Positions 46,997 to 55,519 of a DNA stretch of 64,000 nt are shown piece by piece. The DNA is from a virus. Below the pieces are notes generated by a model. It made no database searches, was not told where the DNA came from, and saw only the letters and a list, made by a program, of their open reading frames with translations. The translations under genes were made by a program, and so were the position numbers. Positions within the stretch are counted from its first letter, which is position 1. Each line of letters begins with the position of its first letter. The stretch covers positions 64,566 through 128,565 of the IMG/VR virus record IMGVR_UViG_3300008952_000015; one strand, written 5' to 3'.

Positions 46997-47386
46997 TCAG
47001 CAATCATTCGGATCATGTCCAGAACAAGTAGCGATGCAACGAAATCTTAATATCTGATCATTCTCCAGCATATCTGCCTTTATGGATAAGTCATCACCAC
47101 AATGCTTCTTCATAAGCTCGCTAGGGTTGTCCCAAGCTGCTCTGTGATACGAATACCATCTGTCTCCCGATCCCTCATCGGCAAGATGAACCGCTTCAAA
47201 TGCTGCGTTACAAGCCTCTGCTTCTGCTTGCTTATCACTAAGTCCGGGATTTAAAAGCCCTACCTGCTCTATAACTGTAACTGCATAATTTAAAGCACAT
47301 TCATCAGATGCGTGCGTGCGTTCCACTGAAGCCTCCGGACAGGCCGTCAGTAAAGCAGTTGTAATTAAAATTAAAATATATCTCAT
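46997..47386 (-). CDS. Cys-rich lipoprotein
   Basis: MRYILILITTALLTAC lipobox. Confidence 0.7.
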   Translation of the reverse strand: MRYILILITTALLTACPEASVERTHASDECALNYAVTVIEQVGLLNPGLSDKQAEAEACNAAFEAVHLADEGSGDRWYSYHRAAWDNPSELMKKHCGDDLSIKADMLENDQILRFRCIATCSGHDPNDC

Positions 47387-47735
47387 ATACTTACCTCCAA
47401 TAAGTGTATTGTTTCCTAATTGTAAATCTTTTGCCCTGAAAGTTAAGGGACTTTATTAAGTTGTATCTCATCCTCAACTATCTCTGCATCATATATTTTT
47501 TCATCTATATTTTTTTTGTACATATACGCGAGAGAATCCTCGCTAGGCAATTTATTTAAAAAAGCTTTTTTTTTAAATGACTATAATCTTGACACATCGG
47601 GGGCTTCTGCTTCGAGGAAGGAGTAGTAACACGTTGGCGATAAGGGGTTTTTCTTCCATCTGTCCATCCCATAAAAAATCCCAAGAGATACCCTATGGAG
47701 ACTAAGACTAGACTTCCTATAAATTCTATCATTTA

Positions 47736-47888
47736 TTATCCACGCCAGTAATTCCGCGCACACATGCACGCAAATAAAGCACACAACGCGCCTAGGGCGT
47801 GATTGCCATTCGCGAATAAAGATACAGCAACTCCAGTATTAAACACTGTGCAAGCTAAGCTAAAGTTTTTTGATGTAAAAATTTTCAT
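47736..47888 (-). CDS. Small membrane protein
   Basis: MKIFTSKNF start after a GAGG RBS; two hydrophobic segments. Confidence 0.55.
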   Translation of the reverse strand: MKIFTSKNFSLACTVFNTGVAVSLFANGNHALGALCALFACMCARNYWRG

Positions 47889-47914
47889 AATATCCTCTCT
47901 AGATAAAAAGGGGA

Positions 47915-48044
47915 GGTGGAGCTCACTTGGAGTAGCAGACGATAGTGTGGAGTGCGTATTCTGACCACCTATCTCTTCCGTAGGCTTCGAAGGTACGCCT
48001 CCTGAACACCTACCTTTTTGTAAGCCATCCAAGGAGCTCACACC
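47915..48044 (-). ncRNA. Candidate structured RNA or leader
   Basis: Terminal pairing GGTG-TGAGCTC-CTTGGA-TGGC / GCTA-C-TCCAAG-T-GAGCTC-CACC. Confidence 0.45.
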
Positions 48045-48120
48045 TTTTCTAAACTCCCGTCGAAATTTAGCCCCAAGCCCTCCATACTCTATACCGTTAT
48101 AGTTATATTACTCTAAAGAA

Positions 48121-48252
48121 AATAAGAATTCAGCGTCGATTATTTGAATCATCGAGCGATGGTCTAGCTAGCAACGTTTTCCCCACTCTCTTGACCCAGA
48201 GAGGCTTAGAACTTAAGGGGTCGGGGGTTTCACCCGCCACTGAACTCTTATT
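48121..48252 (-). ncRNA. Candidate structured ncRNA
   Basis: 13-bp closing stem AATAAGAGTTCAG/CTGAATTCTTATT whose G-U pair works only on the minus strand; internal hairpins. Confidence 0.5.
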
Positions 48253-48270
48253 GTTGTCCATTATACTTAG

Positions 48271-48504
48271 TCAGTCTGGATTATGAGCGTTGCAAGTGCA
48301 GCACATTTCATCTTCGTGCTCCGTCTTCTCCCTACACTTGTAGCAGTAATTATAATAATATCCTTCATCATAACCACCTTTATCTTGCATGTGTACGGGT
48401 ACGTACTTCCACACCCAATCTCTTTCCTTAGGCATTACTCTCTTCTCCTGCAAATAGTTAGGCCTCTCTTTATTCAACCTTTTGAGGGTCAATAGATCCC
48501 ACAT
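48271..48504 (-). CDS. Small Zn-finger protein
   Basis: CYKC...H...CCTC motifs. Confidence 0.55.
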   Translation of the reverse strand: MWDLLTLKRLNKERPNYLQEKRVMPKERDWVWKYVPVHMQDKGGYDEGYYYNYCYKCREKTEHEDEMCCTCNAHNPD

Positions 48505-48518
48505 AATTCTCTCCGAAA

Positions 48519-48595
48519 TGGCACGCCCGATAGGATTCGAACCTATGACCCTCGGCTTAGAAGGCCGATGCTCTATCCAGCTGAGCTACGGGCGC
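48519..48595 (-). tRNA. tRNA-Arg(TCT)
   Basis: Anticodon arm TCGGC-CTTCTAA-GCCGA; canonical D and T loops; encoded CCA. Confidence 0.96.
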
Positions 48596-48601
48596 ATATA
48601 A

Positions 48602-49087
48602 TTATTCTACATTTTTCTCTGAATCTTTTTTATTATTTTCAATCATCTTAGCGATTTCTTCGTGCAAGGCTTTATCCCAAGCTTCCTTGGCTTCTTCTGG
48701 GGCCTCATAGCCTTCCTCATAAGCTTCATCAGGATGCACATATCCTGCGTGCTCTACATGCTCTTCTCCAATGCGAAGAAAGCTATCCTCATCCTCGTGT
48801 ATGTGCATATACAGAGCATCCTTGGGAAGCGTAATTGGATCTGAATGTAAAGGAGTTACTACTCGGCCTTCACCTTCTTCAACAAAAGAGAAGGTGGTAG
48901 GGGTATGAAAATAAATTTGGTGGATTTCCCCAGGAAAGCTCACGGGGCCATCAAAAAAGAAGGGAGCTACGGTCGGTAGCTTCTGCCACCATACTCTTAG
49001 CTCATCAATAGTCATATTAGGAACCCACAGCCATTCCCTGTATCCGTACTCTTCTTCTACCTGAACAACGTATTCAAACTGGTCCAT
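48602..49087 (-). CDS. Hypothetical protein
   Basis: 161-aa ORF with GGAG RBS. Confidence 0.65.
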   Translation of the reverse strand: MDQFEYVVQVEEEYGYREWLWVPNMTIDELRVWWQKLPTVAPFFFDGPVSFPGEIHQIYFHTPTTFSFVEEGEGRVVTPLHSDPITLPKDALYMHIHEDEDSFLRIGEEHVEHAGYVHPDEAYEEGYEAPEEAKEAWDKALHEEIAKMIENNKKDSEKNVE

Positions 49088-49260
49088 TACTTACACTCCA
49101 GCCGCTAGGAGATACTCAATCTGAGCTTCTTTTCCATCATTATTAATTGCTGCCGCTTCGCTTGCCTTCACCTCGTGGACTAACTCGTCTAAGTCCTCTA
49201 CTTCCAATTTCTCAAGGTCTTCTTTAGTCATCACTACACTCCGGGCAAAAGTTTTACTAT

Positions 49261-49482
49261 CTATGCTTCTGCAATCGGCTGAGGAAAAGCAGATGAAAAT
49301 AGCATACTTGTGTACACGCTCTGCCCCATCTTTGAAATAGTAATCAAAGGACTCCCATCCTCATCCATCTGAACGTCAAGATAGCCTTTTTTATATAAAG
49401 ATAAAATAGCCTCATTCATATCTCTTTCCATGTAATGAGAATTATTTATTTTCTCTAGCATAAAAGATTCAAATTCACTCAT
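49261..49482 (-). CDS. Small winged-helix-like protein
   Basis: LYKKGYL...ITISKMG pattern. Confidence 0.5.
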   Translation of the reverse strand: MSEFESFMLEKINNSHYMERDMNEAILSLYKKGYLDVQMDEDGSPLITISKMGQSVYTSMLFSSAFPQPIAEA

Positions 49483-50071
49483 CACAATCCTCCTCCTCTT
49501 CTTCTTCTGGCAACTCATAGCAATTATCACCCTGAAACTCACCCTCATAAAACTCTGCATCTCCGGCAAAGCCCATGCCAGCTTCTTCATAATGAAGCTC
49601 AAAGCATAGGGTAGGCCAATCTTTAGAAACTTTTGTTAGAAAGTTTAGGGGAGGAGCCCAAGGAGTCTCAAATGAATAACCAAGAAAAGAATCTTCTGCA
49701 TCATCTAGCTGAGCTTCTGAGGCACCCCACTTACAACCCCAGTTATCATTCTCCCATGTATAGCCTCCATACGCACATGTACGTCCGAGCATTTCTGCTA
49801 CCTTCGCTGCTTGACTTCCATCATAAGGCAACTTCCTAACTTCGTCAGGAACAGGATACAGTGCGTGAAAGGAAAAGACAGAAACTTCTCCTGGCTCTGG
49901 AAGAGACTCGGACAAAGCCTTCAGCCTAACATCATCGTGAATGGGCCACCCACCACCTGTTGCATGGTAGTTATGATATGATTGCACAGGGCCTTCGGCT
50001 GTCACCTTGAACCTCTGAATGTCCTTAGATGGGCCACTTACATTTAGTTTATTCCAACACCAATTAGGCAT
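49475..50071 (-). CDS. DUF1281/YubB ferredoxin-like family protein
   Basis: MPNWCWN, NWGCKW, FETPWAPP and YEEAGMGFAG motifs. Confidence 0.75.
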   Translation of the reverse strand: MPNWCWNKLNVSGPSKDIQRFKVTAEGPVQSYHNYHATGGGWPIHDDVRLKALSESLPEPGEVSVFSFHALYPVPDEVRKLPYDGSQAAKVAEMLGRTCAYGGYTWENDNWGCKWGASEAQLDDAEDSFLGYSFETPWAPPLNFLTKVSKDWPTLCFELHYEEAGMGFAGDAEFYEGEFQGDNCYELPEEEEEEDCDE

Positions 50072-50072
50072 C

Positions 50073-50261
50073 TTACTCTCCCTGCTTTTCGCTATTAGTT
50101 TCGTCATCAAATAGATTTTCAGAAACAAAATCAGCACCACTTGTAAGTACCGACCCAACCTTGTTTACCATAGACTCTGCACTTGCAGGGTTAGTTACGG
50201 CCCAATGCACAAGACAATAAGACAAGCCCAATGCGATTATAATTTTTATATAACTTTCCAT
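50073..50261 (-). CDS. Small membrane protein
   Basis: N-terminal TM helix. Confidence 0.5.
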   Translation of the reverse strand: MESYIKIIIALGLSYCLVHWAVTNPASAESMVNKVGSVLTSGADFVSENLFDDETNSEKQGE

Positions 50262-50322
50262 GTCACTTCCTCTTTATTATTGTACGCACATACGCGTACA
50301 GGGCAAGTATTTTTTATACTCG

Positions 50323-50553
50323 CTACTCTCTCCATCTATCTGATTTAGAGAAAATCATCATATCTTCTTTGTTATCTTCTTTCTCTAGAATCTTTTTAGA
50401 CCTCTCATTACCACACAATGCTTTGTCTCTATGGTGCCACTTCCGAGAAGCCTTCTTTTGGTCATTCTCTGAAGCATATCGGAGCTTTATGATTTCTCCA
50501 CCATTCTTTAGAAATTCAGCAATTAGTTCTTCTGTACTACGTTCGTCACTCAT
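50323..50553 (-). CDS. Hypothetical protein
   Basis: IAEFLKNGGEIIKL motif seen in phage proteins. Confidence 0.6.
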   Translation of the reverse strand: MSDERSTEELIAEFLKNGGEIIKLRYASENDQKKASRKWHHRDKALCGNERSKKILEKEDNKEDMMIFSKSDRWRE

Positions 50554-50567
50554 TATTATCTTCCTTT

Positions 50568-50834
50568 TTAGAAAATAGAAATTGAATTCTTATTCTTCTT
50601 TTTAGAAGTCCTTTTAGAGACTTTCTTCTTTTCTTTTACAGGTGTTACAAATTCATCAGGCGAATAGCCTTCGTCTAAGGCTTGCTGGTTCAGGTCTTTC
50701 CACAAAGCAGTCGGAACCCTACAGTTAGGACACCTACCCATAGAACCATTATAGCCAGCTTTCCCTAGCCAATAATTACCTTCTTCACTCTTGTGATAAT
50801 AGTATTTATATCCATCTAATGTAACTTCCACCAT
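50568..50834 (-). CDS. Hypothetical protein
   Basis: MVEVTL start after an AGGAG RBS. Confidence 0.55.
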   Translation of the reverse strand: MVEVTLDGYKYYYHKSEEGNYWLGKAGYNGSMGRCPNCRVPTALWKDLNQQALDEGYSPDEFVTPVKEKKKVSKRTSKKKNKNSISIF

Positions 50835-51088
50835 CACAAATCTCCTGCTTAGTAATAGGTCAACTGACCTTTCACAAAGATATAATCGGTGCAATAAATA
50901 TGCCAAATAATTTCTATAAGCCGACCAAAGAGTTTGTAAACCTATTGTTTGCTCGGTATGTAAACCTATTGCCCGAGGCTGGGTTGAGGGAAAATTTCAT
51001 TTTATTTTCTACATCGGTTATATCGTTGTGAGAGAATACTCTCTCAAGAAACCCTCCATCATCGGCGGGATTAGACTAGGAGTCTGTT

Positions 51089-51496
51089 ATGCAGTCCATT
51101 TTTACAAGCGAGCACAGCGAGAGTCCCGCAGCAATCCTGCGTAAGACTATGAGCGTCAGTCTCGGTGATGATGGCACCCCGATGGTGTCTTTCGCCGTGA
51201 ACCGAGGCAAGGGGTCTGGTCGTCAATCAATGCCAGTTTCGGAGTTTGCCGATTATGTCGGTGCTCTGGAAGATGCCCTTCAAGCAGGTATCTCGGAGGA
51301 ATCTGACGAGGCTCTTTCGGCAGCAGATATGGTGCGGCGCACCATCCGTCAGGACGAAGGTATTGTATCCTTCCGAGTCCGAGGCGGGAAGGGTGCTAAG
51401 CCAGCGAAGCTGCCAGTTGATAGCTTCTCTGAGGTTGTTGACCTTCTCTCCTCCACTGTTGACGCAGTAGAGGATGCTGGTAGCAAGTTGGCCTAA
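51089..51496 (+). CDS. Paralogue 2 of the triplicated protein
   Basis: See 46151; own promoter motif at 51005. Confidence 0.8.
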   Translation: MQSIFTSEHSESPAAILRKTMSVSLGDDGTPMVSFAVNRGKGSGRQSMPVSEFADYVGALEDALQAGISEESDEALSAADMVRRTIRQDEGIVSFRVRGGKGAKPAKLPVDSFSEVVDLLSSTVDAVEDAGSKLA

Positions 51497-51597
51497 GAGC
51501 ATGGGGGAGGGGCTGCCGAGTAAAGTTCGGACCCTCCCCCATTAGGACGAGTTGTAAATCTTTTGCCCAAAACAGTTCTGACACAGTAAGGACCATT

Positions 51598-51801
51598 ATG
51601 CGCTTCGGAACGAATGAAACTCGGTCAATGTCTAACCAAGCATTGTTCACCCTCATTGATAACAAAAAGCAAGCCATTGAGAGGCTTCAGGAAAAGAAGT
51701 TAGATTCAAAGAAAGAAGAGGTAGAGTATTGCTACCTCGTTCGAGAAAAGCAACGAAGATTTCACAAGCCAGTAAAGCACCCTGGCTGCTGTATCAACTA
51801 A
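51598..51801 (+). CDS. Hypothetical protein
   Basis: AAGGA RBS; bracketed by 15-bp motif copies at 51554 and 51814. Confidence 0.55.
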   Translation: MRFGTNETRSMSNQALFTLIDNKKQAIERLQEKKLDSKKEEVEYCYLVREKQRRFHKPVKHPGCCIN

Positions 51802-51995
51802 GGCTAAGGTCTTGTAAAACTATTGCCCGAGGGGTATAATGAAAACTGGTAAATCAAAACTTTTCAAATCAAGAAAAGATCTTGACGGTCAGTTTCACCG
51901 AGGAAATAAGGGTCGTAGTGCTGCCAAAGCAAAGAAGCATAAAAGATCTATAGAGAAATCTCTAAGGCAAAAGTCCAAAGAGATATGTAAGGACC

Positions 51996-52298
51996 ATGAA
52001 GAATAATTATAAAAAAATAGCTTCTGAAATTGGAGAGTTAGTTCAAGAGAAGAATGATGCTTATGGCGATTCTTTTGGACAAGCCTGTCGAATCTTAGAG
52101 GTTCTTTATCCAAATGGGATAAAACCATTTCAATACAGAGATGCTTTGGCTATAACAAGGGTTATTGATAAGCTATTTAGGTTGGCTAATAAGAAAGATG
52201 CCTTTGGCGAAAGTCCTTGGCGTGACATTTGCGGTTATGCCATATTAGGTGTTGCTAATGATGAAGATGATGAAAAGAACAGAATAGATAATAAGTGA
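51996..52298 (+). CDS. DUF1599 / nucleotide-modification-associated domain 1 protein
   Basis: KNDAYGDSF, DKLFRL and DICGYAIL motifs. Confidence 0.75.
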   Translation: MKNNYKKIASEIGELVQEKNDAYGDSFGQACRILEVLYPNGIKPFQYRDALAITRVIDKLFRLANKKDAFGESPWRDICGYAILGVANDEDDEKNRIDNK

Positions 52299-52516
52299 TG
52301 CAAGATCCGTGCCAAAGCAATGTAAAACTATTGCCCGACGAGCTGTCGGACGAAGAACTAGAGCAGGTAGTTGGCGGGATGAACTACAATCAATTTCAAG
52401 TCTGGCGTGTAAATTATTTAAATAATTTTCTTCACCAGTTATATGATCCTGAGAGAAGTAGAACGGCAAAGCAACCCGGTGTGATTACCGAAAGTGTATC
52501 TCCCCCAAAAAAATAA
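52295..52516 (+). CDS. Small protein with double-glycine leader-like motif
   Basis: ELSDEELEQVVGG. Confidence 0.5.
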   Translation: MMQDPCQSNVKLLPDELSDEELEQVVGGMNYNQFQVWRVNYLNNFLHQLYDPERSRTAKQPGVITESVSPPKK

Positions 52517-52585
52517 GCTGCGCTATTGCTTCCTCCCTCGCCCTACCTGCTGCGACACGAAACGTGGCAGGTAGGGCTTTTCCTT
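52445..52585 (+). ncRNA. Candidate small RNA A
   Basis: Promoter motif 52426-52444, terminator hairpin 52540-52581, two boxes shared with the 53940 RNA. Confidence 0.5.
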
Positions 52586-52604
52586 TTATAAAACATAGGG
52601 GCAA

Positions 52605-52877
52605 ATGATGGACGTTAGAATTGAAGCAATCAGAAAAGATCCTTGTGTTGGAAATGGCACTTGCAGCTCAATCGACGAATGTTTGGGCGACGATGAATTG
52701 TCTTGGATGCTTAATGAGGATGGTGTTGTCTCAACAGCAGTCGCTATCCAATGGGCAAGAGATTATGAGCAAATGTTTATGGAACAACTGCTGAACACTA
52801 GATGGGGAGAGGATAGCGACCCTGAGCTAAAAGAATATGCAGCTTGGAAAAAGAAACTTGAGGATAATCCCCTTTAG
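52605..52877 (+). CDS. Hypothetical protein
   Basis: 90-aa ORF. Confidence 0.6.
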   Translation: MMDVRIEAIRKDPCVGNGTCSSIDECLGDDELSWMLNEDGVVSTAVAIQWARDYEQMFMEQLLNTRWGEDSDPELKEYAAWKKKLEDNPL

Positions 52878-52946
52878 AAGTAACATGGGCCATCGAGAAA
52901 ATTTTAACATATTTTCTTCACCAATTATATAAGAAAGGAATATAAG

Positions 52947-53165
52947 ATGAAAGCAATTATTATCGGAGTCACGGCAGCTATCGGGCTGCTTGGCGGAGCA
53001 GTAAGTATGGTCGGAAACGACAAGACCGAAGAGAGCACTCAGGGCTACATTAACCAGCCAGTGCAGTACCTTGAATTCACAGAGCCTATGGAAATTACAG
53101 GGCGCATACAACATATCATTTTCACGCCTGATGAAGCAGAGGAAATATTGAGCAAGGAAAAGTAA
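52947..53165 (+). CDS. Small exported protein (paralogue of 63348-63578)
   Basis: Signal/TM helix then GY..PV.Y..F.EPMEI. Confidence 0.65.
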   Translation: MKAIIIGVTAAIGLLGGAVSMVGNDKTEESTQGYINQPVQYLEFTEPMEITGRIQHIIFTPDEAEEILSKEK

Positions 53166-53286
53166 GTAAACAGAATGCACGCACGCACACACAGCGTATA
53201 CATAGTGTGTGCGTGCGGGAGCTTATGCGGGCTTTAAAGTTAGTTGCGTGCGTGTATACTTAATTTGTAAAACTATTGCCCAGGAA

Positions 53287-53637
53287 TTATATCATCATAA
53301 AAAATATCATGATGTGAATCATGGCGACGAAAGAATAGCATAACAACAGAAGCCCAATTCCACTTTGGGCTATTTTTTTATTTATATATTTATTTAATAA
53401 ATATAGTCCAGGCAGGCTCAAACCAAGCTTTATCAAAACAAAGCTTGCTGGAGAGTCCTTGATTTGGGCGGAGAGCAATGGATTGGCCTCTTCTATCCCG
53501 AAAAAAAAATACCAATTAAGGGTAGCTATGAGATCAAGTATTATAAGTAACAGTAATATTCTGATATGAACTTGTTTAAAGTACTGTATAACCTTTGTCA
53601 TATTTAGAATACTACAAGAAATAACTCCGCAAGACAA
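53287..53637 (-). CDS. DUF5658-like membrane protein
   Basis: LDLIATL...EANPLL...FVLIKL; three TM helices. Confidence 0.65.
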   Translation of the reverse strand: MSCGVISCSILNMTKVIQYFKQVHIRILLLLIILDLIATLNWYFFFGIEEANPLLSAQIKDSPASFVLIKLGLSLPGLYLLNKYINKKIAQSGIGLLLLCYSFVAMIHIMIFFMMI

Positions 53638-53939
53638 GCTCTAGTTGATTATGAAGCAAAGTCTCCAATACCTTAGCCTCTTCTTCATCAATATCTAGGT
53701 TGAAAGGCAAGTCTACTTTGACAGAAACTGACCTCTTTTTGATATCGGTGTGGAATACCGCACCAGAGGTCAGGCACTTTGTTTCGTTTGCCACGGACCA
53801 CCTCCCTTCTATCCTATATAATTGATGCCAATTTCTCTTCAAATAAAAGAAGTTGGCACATTTGTTGCACAGAGTAAAACTATTGCCCAGGATGCTGGGA
53901 AACAAGAATTGAAAATATTTTCTTCACCAGTTATATAGC

Positions 53940-54205
53940 TCTGGATGGAGAAAGAAGATAAACGGCAAAGCAAAGAGGTAGAGTCAGAGGCCATCACGAA
54001 TCACAGAGAAACTTATCCGGTCCATAATCGAATACTAGTCAAGACTTGGCATAAGGATAAGAGGACATGTAATTCAAAGAGCGGGCTCCAGACGCTGTTT
54101 TACACGCAGGCTGCGCTAAACTTTTTCTGAACCCTTCTGGGATACTGTTCGCGAACAGGAACCGGGGACTCAAGCTAACGCATTGGTCCCCGGTATCCCT
54201 CTACT
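53940..54205 (+). ncRNA. Candidate small RNA B
   Basis: Promoter motif 53917-53936; boxes shared with RNA A; 3' hairpin GGGATAC..ACCGGGGAC/GTCCCCGGT-ATCCC. Confidence 0.45.
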
Positions 54206-54446
54206 CGAATTGTAAAACTATTGCCCGGGGCAATTGATAAAGTTTTTATCAATAGCTTCCAAACGCCATAGCCATAAATGTAAGAGCTAAGCCGAAAGAG
54301 CCAGCTCCTATAGTATAACCTATTATCTTTACAATTCGGATTGTTTTGTAACTATCCATGAAAACCTCCCTACTTATAAAAGTATTGACTTTCACCAATA
54401 ATTAGCAGATTTTCAGCACGCACGCGGGCAAAAGGTTTACATAAGG

Positions 54447-54479
54447 CAAAAAAAAAGCACCCTGCCGAAGCAGAGTGCC
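54447..54479 (-). terminator. Intrinsic terminator of the large ncRNA
   Basis: GCACTCTGC-TTCG-GCAGGGTGC followed by 9 T on the minus strand. Confidence 0.9.
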
Positions 54480-55158
54480 TAAAAACTCAGGACTGCATAT
54501 CCTTGGTTTTTAAGTGGGAGACACTAGCATGTCTTGTTCTCCCTCCAGTGACCCCCAAAGCGGTTAAGCTCTGTCCCCTTGCGGGTTAGGCGTACACACA
54601 CGGGCAACTAATACCCTTCACTGGATTGCTCCCTGTTCTCACCCTTTGGAGGTGTTGAACAGCAAACGATACTCCTGGCCCCATTCTGTGCTCGATAGAG
54701 TAGGTTGTACACCTCCCCCCTCAATCACACGCTAAGGTTCAACCCCTTGGTAGGATATTCCCCTAACCCCTTTCGGGACGGTAGGACCGTTGCCGTTCCT
54801 ACCAGAGAGCCTTCTGACACCAGAAGTTAAGTTCTGTCAGCGTTAACCGACTTACCAAGAGTTTTTCTTAGTGTATGCCCTGTACCCGTTTCCACGATGA
54901 ACCTACAAGTTCGCAGATACCTTCAGCAGCACTCCTATAGTGGAATATAGGCTCACGCATCCGATTACCAGATGATACTCAGGGCTACCACACCCCTTAA
55001 CTCATCCCCCTTCATAGTTGGGCGGCAACGTGTATGCACACGTCTTTCCCAAACCGGGTTCTCGCTATCTTCCGAAGAAGCTTCAGATCCGGTATCTGAA
55101 GTTTAAAGACCCGAGAGCAAGGGTCATATTCTAAATTTTAAAAGACCGTATTTCTTAC
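54480..55158 (-). ncRNA. Large (~680-nt) structured ncRNA, GOLLD/ROOL-class size, family unassigned
   Basis: No ORF >=60 aa in any frame; bounded by a promoter motif (55165-55183) and a terminator; many GNRA/UUCG-capped hairpins. Confidence 0.75.
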
Positions 55159-55247
55159 ACTAGCATATAACTGATGTAGAAAATAATTTCATTTTTCAAT
55201 CGTGATACAATCATACCCGTGACTGAAAAAAAACTCAACTTTATTTT

Positions 55248-55457
55248 CTAAAATTCTTTCCAGCTAATTGATTCTCCGTCAAGCTTCCTTTGAAGCCTCA
55301 CTTTGAAGCCAAGAGCTTTGTGTCCACTCAGGGGAGATACAAGCTCAAGAGCATAGCTCACTTGATCCGTAGTAGCATTTCGCTTCAATGCCTCTCGGCA
55401 AAACCCATACACAAATTTTCTATGCTCGCTCGTATCTGCCATGATGCTCCTTTGCAA
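55248..55457 (-). CDS. Hypothetical protein
   Basis: MADTSEH start after an AAGGAG RBS. Confidence 0.55.
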   Translation of the reverse strand: MQRSIMADTSEHRKFVYGFCREALKRNATTDQVSYALELVSPLSGHKALGFKVRLQRKLDGESISWKEF

Positions 55458-55519
55458 TCAATCGGTTAGAGAGATGAGGCACCTGATTTCCCTGTGCCTC
55501 CCCGTGGGGTTCCAAACTT

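Noticed and set aside
54480-55158. Group I/II intron, rRNA fragment or RNase P RNA
   Set aside because: It interrupts no gene, has its own promoter and terminator, and I could not find the conserved cores of these RNAs by eye; a covariance search is still needed
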